From positions 9,486,001 through 9,550,000 of the forward strand of contig NC_043017.1 of the NCBI RefSeq assembly GCF_006345805.1: a stretch of 64,000 bases of DNA, given 5' to 3'. The position numbers were made by a program, and so were the translations under genes. The notes beneath the pieces were generated by a model. That model had not been told where the DNA came from, made no database searches, and saw nothing but the letters and a program-made list of their open reading frames with translations. This document shows, piece by piece, positions 22,855-36,300 of the stretch. Numbering within the stretch: position 1 is the first letter of the stretch; every line of letters starts with the position of its first letter. The DNA comes from Octopus sinensis (lineage: Eukaryota).

Positions 22855-25800
22855 GATCAGCTCTGGTCATGCAGATCTTCGACCAAAGCGTTCCAGTCAT
22901 GACCATTACATCTTATTTTAGAGGCAATACATCCAGGACTACATTCTCCATTCTGTCCCTTCTCCAAAATGGTGTGGTTTGAGAGGAATTTGGTTGCTGC
23001 TCTTAACAGGTCAACGACCAAAGCGTTCCAGTCATGACCATTACATCTTATTTTAGAGGCAATACATCCAGGACTGCATTCTTCATTCTGTCACTTCTCC
23101 AAAATGGTGTGGTTTGAGTGGAATTTGGTTGCTGCTCTTAACAGGTCAACGACCAAAGCGTTCCAGTCATGACCATTACATCTTATTTTAGAGGCAATAC
23201 ATCCAGGACTGCATTCTTCATTCTGTCACTTCTCCAAAATGGTGTGGTTTGAGTGGAATTTGGTTGCTGCTCTTAACAGGTCAACGACCAAAGCGTTCCA
23301 GTCATGACCATTACATCTTATTTTAGAGGCAATACATCCAGGACTGCATTCTTCATTCTCTCCCTTCTCCAAAATGGTGTGGTTTGAGAGGAATTTGGTT
23401 GCTGCTCTTAACAGGTCAACGACAAAAGCGTTCCAGTCATGACCATTACATCTTATTTTAGAGGCAATACATCCAGGATTGCATTCTCCATTCTGTCCCT
23501 TCTCCAAAATGGTGAAGGTGTGGTTTGGGAGGAATTTGGTTGCTGCTCTTAACAGGTCAACGACCAAAGCGTTCCAGTCATGACCATTACATCTTATTTG
23601 AGAGGCAATACACCAGGACTGCATTCTCCATTCTCTCCTTTCTCCAAAATTGTGTGGTTTGAGAGGAATTTGGTTGCTGCTCTTAACAGATCTACGACCA
23701 AAGCGTTCCAGTCATGACCATTACATCTTATTTTAGAGGCAATACATCCAGGACTGCATTCTCCATTCTCTCCCTTCTCCAAAATGGTGTGGTTTGAGTG
23801 GAATTTGGTTGCTGCTCTTAACAGGTCAACGACCAAAGCGTTCCAGTCATGACCATTACATCTTATTTTAGAGGCAATACATTTAGGACTGCATTCTCCA
23901 TTTTCTCCCTTCTCCAAAATGGTGTGGTTTCAGAGGAATTTGGTTGCTGCTCTTAACAGGTCAACGACCAAAGCGTTCCAGTCATGACCATTACATCTTA
24001 TTTTAGAGGCAATACATCTAGGACTGCATTCTCCATTCTGTCCCTTCTCCAAAATGGTGTGGTTTGAGTGGAATTTGGTTGCTGCTCTTAACAGGTCAAC
24101 GACCAAAGCGTTCCAGTCATGACCATTACATCTTATTTGAGAGGCAATACATCCAGGACTGCATTCTCCATTCTGTCCCTTCTCCAAAATGGTGTGGTTT
24201 CAGAGGAATTTGGTTGCTGCTCTTAACAGGTCAACGACCAAAGCGTTCCAGTCATGACCATTACATCTTATTTTAGAGGCAATACATCCAGGACTGCATT
24301 CTCCATTCTCTCCCTTCTCCAAAATGGTGTGGTTTCAGAGGAATTTGGTTGCTGCTCTTAACAGGTCAACGACCAAAGCGTTCCAGTCATGACCATTACA
24401 TCTTATTTTAGAGGCAATACATCTAGGACTGCATTCTCCATTCTGTCCCTTCTCCAAAATTGTGTGGTTTGAGAGGAATTTGGTTGCTGCTCTTAACAGG
24501 TCAACGACCAAAGCGTTCCAGTCATGACCATTACATCTTATTTGAGAGGCAATACATCCAGGACTGCATTCTCCATTCTCTCCCTTCTCCAAAATGGTGT
24601 GGTTTCAGAGGAATTTGGTTGCTGCTCTTAACAGGTCAACGACCAAAGCGTTCCAGTCATGACCATTACATCTTATTTTAGAGGCAATACATCCAGGACT
24701 GCATTCTCCATTCTGTCCCTTCTCCAAAATGGTGTGGTTTGGGAGGAATTTGGTTGCTGCTCTTAACAGGTCAACGACCAAAGCGTTCCAGTCATGACTA
24801 TTGCATCTTATTTTAGAGGCAATACATCCAGGACTGCATTCTCCATTCTGTCCCTTCTCCAAAATGGTGTGGTTTGGGAAGAATTTGGTTGCTGCTCTTA
24901 ACAGGTCAACGACCAAAGCGTTCCAGTCATGACCATTACATCTTATTTTAGAGGCAATACACCCAGGACTGCATTCTCCATTCTGTCCCTTCTCCAAAAT
25001 GGTGTGTTTTGGGAGGAATTTGGTTGCTGCTCTTAACAGGTCAACGACCAAAGCGTTCCAGTCATGACCATTACATCTTATTCTAGAGCCAAAACATCTA
25101 GGATTGCATTCTCCATTCTGTCCCTTCTCCAAAATGGTGAAGGTTGGTTCGAAGGAATTTGGTTGCTGCTCTTAACAGGTCAACGACCAAAGCGTTCCAG
25201 TCATGACCATTACATCTTATTTTAGAGGCAATACACCCAGGACTGCATTCTCCATTCTGTCCCTTCTCCAAAATAGTGTGGTTTGGGAGGAATTTGGTTG
25301 CTGCTCTTAACAGGTCAACGACCAAAGCGTTCCAGTCATGACCATTACATCTTATTCTAGAGCCAAAACATCTAGGATTGCATTCTCCATTCTGTCCCTT
25401 CTCCAAAATGGTGAAGGTGTGGTTCGGAAGGAATTTGGTTGCTGCTCTTAACAGGTCAACGACCAAAGCGTTCCAGTCATGACCATTACATCTTATTTTA
25501 GAGGCAATACACCCAGGACTGCATTCTCCATTTTGTCCCTTCTCCAAAATGGTGTGGTTTGGGAGGAATTTGGTTGCTGCTCTTAACAGGTCAACGACCA
25601 AAGCGTTCCAGTCATGACCATTACATCTTATTCTAGAGCCAAAACATCTAGGATTGCATTCTCCATTCTGTCCCTTCTCCATTCTGTCCCTTCTCCATTC
25701 TGTCCCTTCTCCAAAATGGTGTGGTTCGGAAGGAATTTGGTTGCTGCTCTTAACAGGTCAACGACCAAAGCGTTCCAGTCATGACCATTGCATCTTATTT

Positions 25801-25900
25801 TAGAGGCAATACATCCAGGACCGCATTCTCCATTCTGTCCCTTCTCCAAAATGTTGTGGTTTGGGAGGAATTTTGTTGCTACTCTTAGCAGATCAACCGT
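22855..25900. repeat. 135-bp satellite array, 22 units, expanded inside a dispersed SINE-like repeat (family F)
   Basis: The GGTCAACGACC anchor recurs at 23009, 23144, 23279, 23414, 23555 ... 25589 and 25756. Most units are 135 bp, with 134/139/141/167-bp variants. The unit and both flanks align to dispersed copies at ~31020-31175, 32975-33175 and 36265-36470. Confidence 0.95.
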
Positions 25901-26244
25901 GCATGCAGAGGCTACCCGCATCAGCTTCCTATATACCTCTATGCTTATTCTACGGGTGTATTCAACAATTATGGGAACTTGCAAACAAACAAAAAAGTAC
26001 AAAAAAAAAAGAAAAAAAAAACTATAATACTTCATCGTAGTGAGGGGACATATGAGGAGGAGGAGGTTAAAAATAATATGGGAGGGAGGGAGGAGATGTT
26101 AAAGCAACGGCCAATCGGGAGACACTTATTGTATGAGATGATGGTGGTTGTGGTTGTGATGGTGGAGGAGGGTGTGTGTGTGAACTTCCCACCTCCCTTA
26201 CTCTCTTCTTATACTTTCACCTTCGTTCTTCGCCACCGCCACCA

Positions 26245-26660
26245 ATACTACTACTACTACTACTGCTACTACTACTACTACTACTACTAGTACTACTGCT
26301 ACTACTACTACTACTGCTACTACTACTACTACTACTACTACTACATATAACTACAAACATCCCCGACATACTACTCCCACCACCACCACCATCATCACCA
26401 CCAACGTCATATCGTCGTCATACTGCTCCACCACCGCCACCGCCACCGCCACCACCACCACCACCATCACCACCACCTCCACCACCACCATCACCACATC
26501 CACCACCTCTACCACCTCCACCACCACCATCACCATTGCCACCTCCACCTTCACCATTGCCACCACCACCACCGCCACCGCCACCGCCACCACCATTGCC
26601 ACCACCACCAAGACCGTCGCCGCCGCCGCTGCCGCCGCTGCCGCCACCACCAACATCACT
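26245..26660. repeat. Compound trinucleotide low-complexity tract (TAC)n-(CAC/CCA)n-(GCC)n
   Basis: Direct reading. It explains the Pro-, Gly- and Val-rich ORFs at 26176-26903. Confidence 0.85.
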
Positions 26661-28766
26661 ATACCGTTCTCCCGACACGCCTGCCCTCGCCACCGCCAGA
26701 CACGGTCGTGTGTTATGCATAATAACTGCAAAAGTAGGACGAGCGAAGCTTCGCGCACTTTTAGCAGCCGCAGTCGCAATAGTAATAAACAACATCAACA
26801 ATACTTGAGTTCTTGTAATATCTATATATATACACACATACACACATACATACATACACGTATGTATGCACGTATGTATTTGCACGCAAACATAAATACA
26901 CACAATTCTATCTGATAACTACTCATACATACAAACACACATACATATATATATAATGTAATACGTTTGTATGTATGTGAGTGCGTATACTTATATACAT
27001 ATATATATATTTATATTTATATATACACACACACACATTAACAGACACTTTTCAGCTTCTCTCCTCTAAAGGAGGAGGTTATATTTGGTTGGGCAAATCT
27101 GGGATTTGTTTATTTCTTTATTCATTGAGTATTCGTGGATATTTTTCGTTGGGGTTGCTAAAGTTCAAGCAACAATATCCGCTCTTTTTCTAAATGTAAT
27201 TATTGCTATATATATTGTACCCCCTGAGCAAAAAGAAAAAAAAGAAACAAAGGGGTAAGCCCCATCCAAAAGAAAAGAAAAAAATACCCCGGTGAATTTA
27301 GAAAAAAAAAAAAAGGGGGTCTTTTGCCCATCCAGGCTTGTACCCTTATCATGCAGTCACCTGTAATACCCCGACATGTCCTGCGCTTCACGCAACTTCT
27401 TGGCAGGTTTATGTCTCAAAGAAAACTTAGCAGCCAACCGGTGAAATTACAAAATGACAAAGTCGGGAGCCGTCTCAGCGAGAAATACATGGTAAATACA
27501 TTTCTTTTTTTCTTTATATATATATCTCTCTCTCCTTCTTTCTCTATCTCTCTCTGGTCCTTAACACGGTATCCGTGAAGTTTTTCGACTTCAGAACTAC
27601 CCGTGAAAAAAGCGCAATATGTGAGATTACATTTCCAACTGATTAAGATTATTTTCTTGTCATGCATTCAGATTTATCAACCGAAAATTTCTTTTTCTTT
27701 TCTAATCGTTATACTTGTCATTAAATTCGTTTATAAGAAACATTATTTCCGAAATCAAATCTTATTTTTGAAATTAGCATTTCAATGTCTTGTTGTAAAA
27801 GTTTGATGTTTAAAGATTCTTCTTACATAACAAGCACCCTTTCAAAAACTCCGGGGTATCACTGGGTTAGTTTACGGAAATTGTAGGAAGTTAAAGCGTA
27901 TTTTGTTTATGATGATTTCTGAGGCTCTAGCTTTGAGCTTCGATCAGGTATCGAACCCCATGTCAGGGAATCGATTTCCCGTGAGCAAAATCGAATTAGT
28001 CCTTGACATTCCCCATTCGCGTCAACACGGTCTTTTTTACTTTAAATCACTTGCTCGCTCGCTCGCTCTGCTAGAAATCGCAGCTAAATGTCCCTCAAAT
28101 CGCGCCTTAATGATAATAAAAATATTTAATACGAATGGGATAATCTGTCATTGGACTGTGGCATCACCTTGGAGAGTTTTATTCGAACGAATCGTCCCCA
28201 ATTTTATTTAAAAAAAAAAAAATTATATTTCTTCAAGCCTTGCGCTTTTGCTATTCATCTGTTATAGATATATACTAAAGGAAAATGAAATAGCAAAAAG
28301 CACAGAAATGAGATGGGCACGGCTGGGTCGCTGTGGATCATAGGTTCCAAACATAACAAGATTATCATAATTTATTCAACCATACGTTAAAGTACATGTT
28401 ACCGATTCTCTGCGTACACATTCGAGTGCGGCCGTGTTTCTATTCTTTTCGGAATGTATTCCATTATAATTCTATTCGCGTTTTCTATAGAGGAATATAA
28501 ATCAAATTGGGTGACTGATTAGTATTTTATTTTATCGATCTCCAGCCAATTCCGCCAGAAGAATGAAGGATAAAGCCAGAAAGACTACCTGGGCGGCAAA
28601 TGAATTCGGAACATAATAGTGCGCGCGTGCGTGCGTGAGCGTATGTATATATGTGCGTATGTATATATATGTACGTTGTTATTTAGGTGTATTTCGATAT
28701 TTCAGGCCAATAAAGAGCCGGTTTCTAACCCAAATGTATGTATGTATGTATGTATGTATGTATGTA

Positions 28767-28803
<37 letters not shown>

Positions 28804-29592
28804 ATGTATGTATGTATGTATGTATGTATGTATGTGTGTGTGCATGCATGTTTATGTATGTGAAAGCAGGGTGTATGTATATATTTGTATGTACGTAGGT
28901 GTAAGCATATGTATGCATGTGTGGTTTTTGCGTGTGAGCGCGCGCATGTAAGTGTAAACGTGCATGTATGTATTCGTGTGTTTGTTTATATATGTAGTTA
29001 CATGTATGTTGTCTGCGCGCGCGCGGCAGCAGCTGCCAACAAAGCGAGATGAGGTTTTTATTTGTTTATTTTTATTTTTTTAGCAATGTTTCACACAAGT
29101 TTTCATAACCTCGTCACACAGCACCAACACGAATTTTCAGAATGTTTGTTAAAATGACAAAAAAAAAAACCTACATTCGACGTTCGTTATTTAATGACAC
29201 TCTGCAAAATTTGTTTTGTTTTCTTCGCGTGAAACATGCTGTACGCCCGGGCAAGAGTGTGCATGTGTATATGTGTATGTTATAGGTTTCTGTACGTAAA
29301 AGACTAGGTCACCCCTCTCTACATAAATTGGGCACTTAAAAGAATCAAGAGGAGGTAATCGTGATCAAATCAAAGAAAGTTAGTATGTATGTATGTATAT
29401 ATATATATATATAAGGCGAGCTGGCAGAAACGTTAGCGAGTTCAAATTCCGTCGAGGTCGACTTTGCCTTTCATCCTTTCGGGGTCGATAAATAAAGTAC
29501 CAGTTTCGCACTGGGCGTCGATGTAATCGACTTAATCCCTTTGTCTGTCCTTGTTTGTCCCCTCTATGTTTAGCCCCTTGTGGGCAATAAAG

Positions 29593-29636
<44 letters not shown>

Positions 29637-30008
29637 GTATGTAGTTTTCGGGGGTTCGAAATTGCTTTTGCTGCGAGGGTTCGAACACCTAACCGCTAGA
29701 TACTCCAAGCATATATCACAATCCTTTATTAATCAGGTTCCATGTAATTAAAACCAAACCTAGTTGTTAACAAGAAAGTTGAAGAGATATTTAAAAAAAA
29801 CAACAACAACCTGTTTACAAATATTTGTGGTTTAACGAAAGCATGAAGTGACCCAAGCAAGCATCGGTTGTGTATATTTTTGTGAAATTCGTGTCATACC
29901 GTAGCAAGTCACACATGAGTTGTTTCCAGGCCAACAATTAAGATCTTGTTTATTTTTATTTATACGAAGCCGACTCCTGAGTCTTGTTGGTTGGCAACCT
30001 ACCCATAT

Positions 30009-30088
<80 letters not shown>

Positions 30089-30399
30089 CATACATACATA
30101 CATATCTATACATATATACATACGTATATGTATATATACATACTGAGCCCAAACCTTTGGTTATTTGACACACCTAAATACATACATACATACATACATA
30201 CATACTACACACACACACACACACACACACGCCCACAAACTCTTTCTTACACACGCATTCTGTGTTTATGCGTATATATCTCGGTATGCAAGTATTGAAT
30301 GTTAATTGTATGTGTTTGCATGTATATAGGAGAGTGCGCGCTTCTGCGATTATAAGTAGGGCTTGGTGTATATATGTGTATATGTTGAGCGAATACCTG

Positions 30400-33300
30400 T
30401 ATATGTTTGGGTTCGTGTACAAGTATTGAAATGTCTGCTTGCCTTCCACCCCTCTTCTTTCCTCTAATCCCCCCCACACACACATTACGAAGTAATTTTG
30501 CTCCGGATCTAAAATGTCTAACTATATCTTATTTCTTAATTTACGTTCTGAGTTCAAATCACGCCGAGGGCTGGTGATTCTGCTGTTTTATACTTCTGAA
30601 GGGTCTTCTTCTATTAAAATCTAAATCAACACTAGATTTTTACCTGGTACTTTCTTTTATCGACCCCAGAAATGTGAAGAAGTAAAATTGACCTCGGCGG
30701 AATTTGAACTCGGAACATAAAATGTCACAACGAAATGTCGCATCAAATCGAATCACACATTAGGCAGAAACTTTTAATGGCATACTGAGTTCGTCAGTTA
30801 AATTTCATTTCCCAATAATAACTATTTCACATTGCTTATATTGCCAACGTGCCTGGGTAAGGCATGCTTCTCACCACATCACAATCTTATTCACCCATTG
30901 TAACTCTTGAAGTTCCCTTCTAATATAAGCATTATATTGTTAATCTTGAGCATTGCAGTCGCGAGTATTATATTGTTATTTAGATCTCCAACTCAGCCCT
31001 TAAAGAGTAAACTAATGTCCATAGACGTTCCAGCCGTGACCACAACATCTTTTGTTTTCCCGGGCAGTGTTTCTATGCATATGTTCTTAATTACTGTCTT
31101 TACGGTTTGAATACAGAAGGGTGTAGTTTGAGGGAGATTTGGCTGTAATTTCATAGCAGGTCAACAGACCAGATCGATTCCCTCTCAAGCTTTGTTGTGG
31201 AGAAGTCAATGACCTAAGTTTCCATCTCAAGTAAAAGTACATTTTATTTTCCCCAGATGCACCGCCCCCTACCTCTCTCTCTCCCTCACCATTTAAATTC
31301 GATGTTTGTTGCCTGTATACGAAGATTCGATGATCATCATAATGTATCCACAATATATTACATCATATCATCATCACCAAAACCGTCAAACTTTGTAGAG
31401 GAAGGGGCATGATGCTTTATTTTCATTCGATCACCTCACACAAATGATATATATGTATAAACAAGGTCCCCATCGCGCAAAGACTGTGTATAGCTATATT
31501 TTATCGGGCAGTTTAGCTTAGGCGCTTTTCACAAATCGAGTTCTTAAAAATATGTTGCATAAAAGAAAAAAAAGCAAAGCAATTTAGATGTGTCTTTGTA
31601 TTAAATTTAAATAGCCAAGAAAATGGGTGAAAACGGGAGAGAAATGCAAGAGAAAACCGCCAAAGATTGCTTCGATGCAAAATCTGACCCAACAAAAATG
31701 GCAGTATTTGATATTAGTCAGACATTAAAGAGTCAATAAAAACTTGAGCTAATGTTCTTAGTCTTAGCTGTTCCTTCGAGTTCAAGAAAAAGAAAAGAAT
31801 TAGAGCGTTACAGATCGAAACAGGATATCATCGATCCTGCACAAATATTTAAAAAGTAAAATAATGTTTGTTGATATTACATTTTTAAAATATCAACACG
31901 TTTGTTAGTTTTTCAAAATGGAAGCTAACTTTCTCTCTCCACCTACTTTTCCGAATTAGATGTTTTTGTGAAGTTTTTATTACAATAAATGCATGACGTA
32001 ACTTTAAAAAGCACCCTTTCAAAAAAATAAATAAATAATGTATTCTTTTAAAATCACAACAACAAAGATCTATAATAGACATTATATTGTTGTTGTTTTT
32101 TACTAAATATTTTCTATATATTTTGGAGAAATTGATTGTTTCGAAGTCTCCCTTTTGTATGGCAGACATAATTAATACAACATATTTTTTTAATATAGTT
32201 GCTTTAGCGAGGGCTGTGGCTTGGTTTAATCAGGATAACGCGGGCAAATGCATTCGTTATAAGTTCGAATCCCTCAAAGGAAAACTAAGGTCTATACAAA
32301 ATCCTCATAAAAATCTGACTTTGTACCTATTTTAGAAATCTATTTCCACACTTTTTATTCTTGGACTACATTTGTTAGTTCGTCAAATGTATTGTTGTTG
32401 TTTAGAACAGGTTAGCTTTTCCCTGCAGTTGTCCGTCCGATTTTTCCTTTGCTTTTCTCATGCAGATTTTAAAATATTAGGCAATCTTTCGTCTCTAGTA
32501 GACCTTTCCGTCGATTTCCGTAAAAAACTTCTTTTTTTTTACATATGGGCTTGCGGGAACTTTTGAAGTAATGAGAGCGAAAGAGACTAAGAGAAAGCGA
32601 TTGTATGACGAGGGAAGTTCTTTTGAAGTTACCGTGCATGTGAAGCATTGATGTACATGTGTGTGTGTGTGTTTGATGGGGTGTGGGAGACAGACAGTAT
32701 GTTGTGTAAGTGAAGTGCTTCTGTTAGTGTGTGTGAAGAGACAGAGTAATGTGTGAAAGAAAGAGATAACTGAAATTTTTTACTCGGTGTAGGTGTATAT
32801 GTATGTATATTACTTCAAAAGTTCCCGCAAGCCCATATGTAAAAAAAAATTTTTTACGGAAATCGACGGAAAGGTCTACTAGAGACGAAAGATCGCCAAA
32901 TATTATTTCTGACTTTCAAATTGATTCACTGTCACCAGTGTTGTGGTTCTCAATGTTATTATTATCGTAGTCGTTGCTTAGCCCCAGGTCAGCTCTTACC
33001 GAAACAGATAGCAAATCAAAGGCTTTCCAGCCGTGACTATCTCGGTTTTGTTCTACATGCACAAGGCTCTGGATCACCCCATCCAACGTGACCTTTTCAA
33101 AAATGCTAGAATTTGATTTTGGGAAGTTCACTTGTTATTTCTAGCAGATCTAGAGACCGCGTAGAGGCTTCCACGTAGGCTCGCTACTCCTTTTGTGAGA
33201 AAGATACAATGTGTTGTTCAACAGTAAATATGTCTAATTTTGTGTGAAGGGCTTCATAATTAAATTAATGAAATATAATTAATAACATTACAATAGAAAG

Positions 33301-36300
33301 CTTCCCCTCATATACACATAAAATTGTTTGATATATGCCTAAATAAAACGATGAAACAGTAACAGCCATTGCTAACTTGTGCAAACAATCACCAGAAACA
33401 AAACGCAATAAGCCAGGGAGACAGACTCTCTGCATGGTCGTTCATACAAAGAATAGCAGCCAAAATTGCCTCAAAATCCCCTTTTCCTGTAAAATAAATA
33501 AATAAATAAATAAGGAAGGATACGCCAGATAATGTTTTCCTTCCATGATATATTTATTATTAGTATATCTAGGATTATATTCCCCAAGAGAGTGATATGG
33601 AGAAAGCTTTGGCTGTTAACCCTTGCATGTCCAACAATCGCGTAGAGAACTCTCTTGTTTGCTCATTTTCGTGTCTGCTTTTATACTTTAGCAAAGACAT
33701 TTATGGTTGATTTTAGAACATATTTTGAAGCAAACTTTGGCGATTTTCTTTTGCTATTCTTTCCCCATTTATCTCAATCAATTAAGACAGAAAAAAACAC
33801 TGCTAAACTTTTTCTCACTTTACTTTGAGAACATACGAATTCTTTGTTAGAAAAACACATTGTCTCTGTGTGTATGGGTATGACGACACGCTTTTGTGTA
33901 TGTGTCGTACTGTGTGCAAGTGTTCAGAGCTAATACGATGTGTTTGTGTGTATACATACATACATACATACATATATGCATGCATGTATGTATGTATGTA
34001 TACACACAAACACATCGAATGCGTACTTCGTTGATTATGTCTAGGCCTGGGTGTGAAGTGTTGCGTATGTATTTGTGTAAGTGTGTGTATAGATGTTTGT
34101 GTTAATGTTGACTCTGCAGCTTTGCTTTATGTGTGTGTGAGTTTTGAGTGAATACTTGAATGCGTGCGTTGGGCAAACATTTGTAAATATTTATCTGTGT
34201 GAATGTTTAAGTGTTGAAATGTCTGCTTGTCTTCCACTCCTCTTCTTCCCATCGTTCCTCCCCCTCTCTTCTAATTTTGCTCCGGATTAACCACTTAACT
34301 GTACTTTTATCACTTTCCTCTACGCTCTGAGTTCAAATCACGCCGAGGGTGACTTTGCCATTTTATATTTTTGAAGGATCTTATTCCGTTATAATAATGA
34401 TATTTCCATTTGCATCCAGGATGCGTTATTGGAATATAAATCTAATCGGCACCAGTTATTTCCCTGGCACTTTCTTTTATCGACCTTGGAAATATGAAAA
34501 GCAAAGATGACCTCAGCGGAATTTGAACTCGGAACCTAAAATGCCCACTAAATATTACATTATGGGTTTGTCGGAGATTTTTAATGGCATTCTGAGTTCG
34601 TCAGTTAAATTTCATTTCCCAATCATAACTATTTCACTTTGCTTATATTGCAAACGTGCCTGGGTGAGGCATGCTTCTCACCACATCACAATCTTATTCA
34701 CCCATTGTAACTCTTGAAGTTCCCTTCTAATATAAGCATTATATTGTTAATCTTGAGCATTGCAGTCGCGAGTATTATATTGTTACTTAGATCTCCAACT
34801 CAGCCCTTAAAGAGTAAACTTATGTTTATAGACGTTCCCGCCGTGACCACGGCAGTGTTTCTATGCATATATTCTTAATTACTGTCTTTACGGTTTGAAT
34901 ACAGAAGGGTGTAGTTTGAGGGAGATTTGGCTGTAATTTTATAGCAGGTCAACAGACCAGATCGATTCCCTCTCAAGCTTTGTTTTTGAGAAGTCAATGA
35001 CCTAAGTTTCCATCTCAAGTAAAAGTACATTCTATGTTCCCAGATGCACCGCCCCCTACCTGTCCCCCTCTCTCACCATTCAAATTCGATATTTGTTGTC
35101 TGTATACGAAGATTCGATGATCATCATAATGTATCCACATTAATATTACATCATATCACCATCACCAAAACCGTCAAATTTTGTAGAGAAAGGGGCATGA
35201 TGCATTATTTTCATTCGATCGCTGCCATTCAGTTGATATATGTAAATATTTATAAGAAGTTTGTCGACCCAATATTTTTTAGGGTTAGCTGACGTGGTCA
35301 CTTTTCGCAAAATGGGGTTTTCAAAATATAATGATAAATAAATAATTAGTTTCTTGAGAAAATGGATAAAAATAGGAGAGAAAAGTCATAGAAAATTAAT
35401 GTTTGTTTCGAAACAAAATCTGGCCAAACAAATATGGACGTGTTTGATATTTAGTTAGACATTAACAAAATATAAATAAATACTCTAATGTTCTTAGCCT
35501 TAGGTGTTTCTTGGAGAAATGTTTTTGTACAAAACAAATAAAAAGAAATAATTAGAGCGAAAGAAGATCATAACAGGATATCGATCCTGCAAAAATAATT
35601 AAAAAGAAAAATGATGTTTGATAAGGAGATTATATTTATAAAATGTCAACACGTTTGCTGGTTTTTTCAAAATGGAAGCTATCTTTCCTCTCTCTTCCTC
35701 CCGTTCTCTATCAACTTTTGAGAATTATATGTCGTTAAGAAGTTTTGTTAATAGTAGCATCTTTATTTTTTTAAAATATAGAGTTCTATATTATTTATAG
35801 AACTCTATTTTACAAAAATAGAGATTTATAAGATATAGTTTATTAAACAGTTTCTCTGTATTTTGGAGAATGTTTTTGTTTTTGTTTTGAATCTCCCTTA
35901 TGAGAAGCAGACATATTGATATAGTATATTTTTAATAACATTTCTGTGCTGAGGCCCGTGGGTTGGCTCAGTCGAGGGAACGACGAGCAAATACATTCAT
36001 AGTAAGGTCGGACCCAGTCAAGGAATGACTAAGATCGATTCATATCCCTATAAATATTTTTGTGACCATTTTAGAAATCTATATATTTCCATGTCTTCTT
36101 TATTGGTTTACCTTTGTTGACTCATCATATCTCTTGTTGTTGTTTAGTCTGATTAAACAGTCGTTCCTACAATGCCCACCCGATCCGATCTTTTCTTTGC
36201 TTTTTTTTAATCCTATTTCTGACTCTCAAATTGATTTACTATCACCATTATTGTTATTATAGTCCCTGTTTAGCCCCAGGTCAACCCTCATCAAAAAAGA

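Noticed and set aside
22855-25900. CRISPR-like array
   Set aside because: The units are contiguous near-identical 135-mers with no unique spacers, there are no cas genes and the context is eukaryotic.
23226-26035. Gene for a 45-aa Cys-containing repeat protein (NGECSPGCIASKIRCNGHDW.., superficially LDLa-like)
   Set aside because: The frame is open mainly because 135 is a multiple of 3. Several units have in-frame TGA and others shift frame (134, 139 and 167 bp). The LDLa DCxDxSDE motif is missing, and the unit derives from a dispersed repeat.
26176-26903. Proline-rich (extensin/formin-like) or glycine-rich protein
   Set aside because: All frames are open because of trinucleotide low complexity. 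There are no domain features or convincing splice context.
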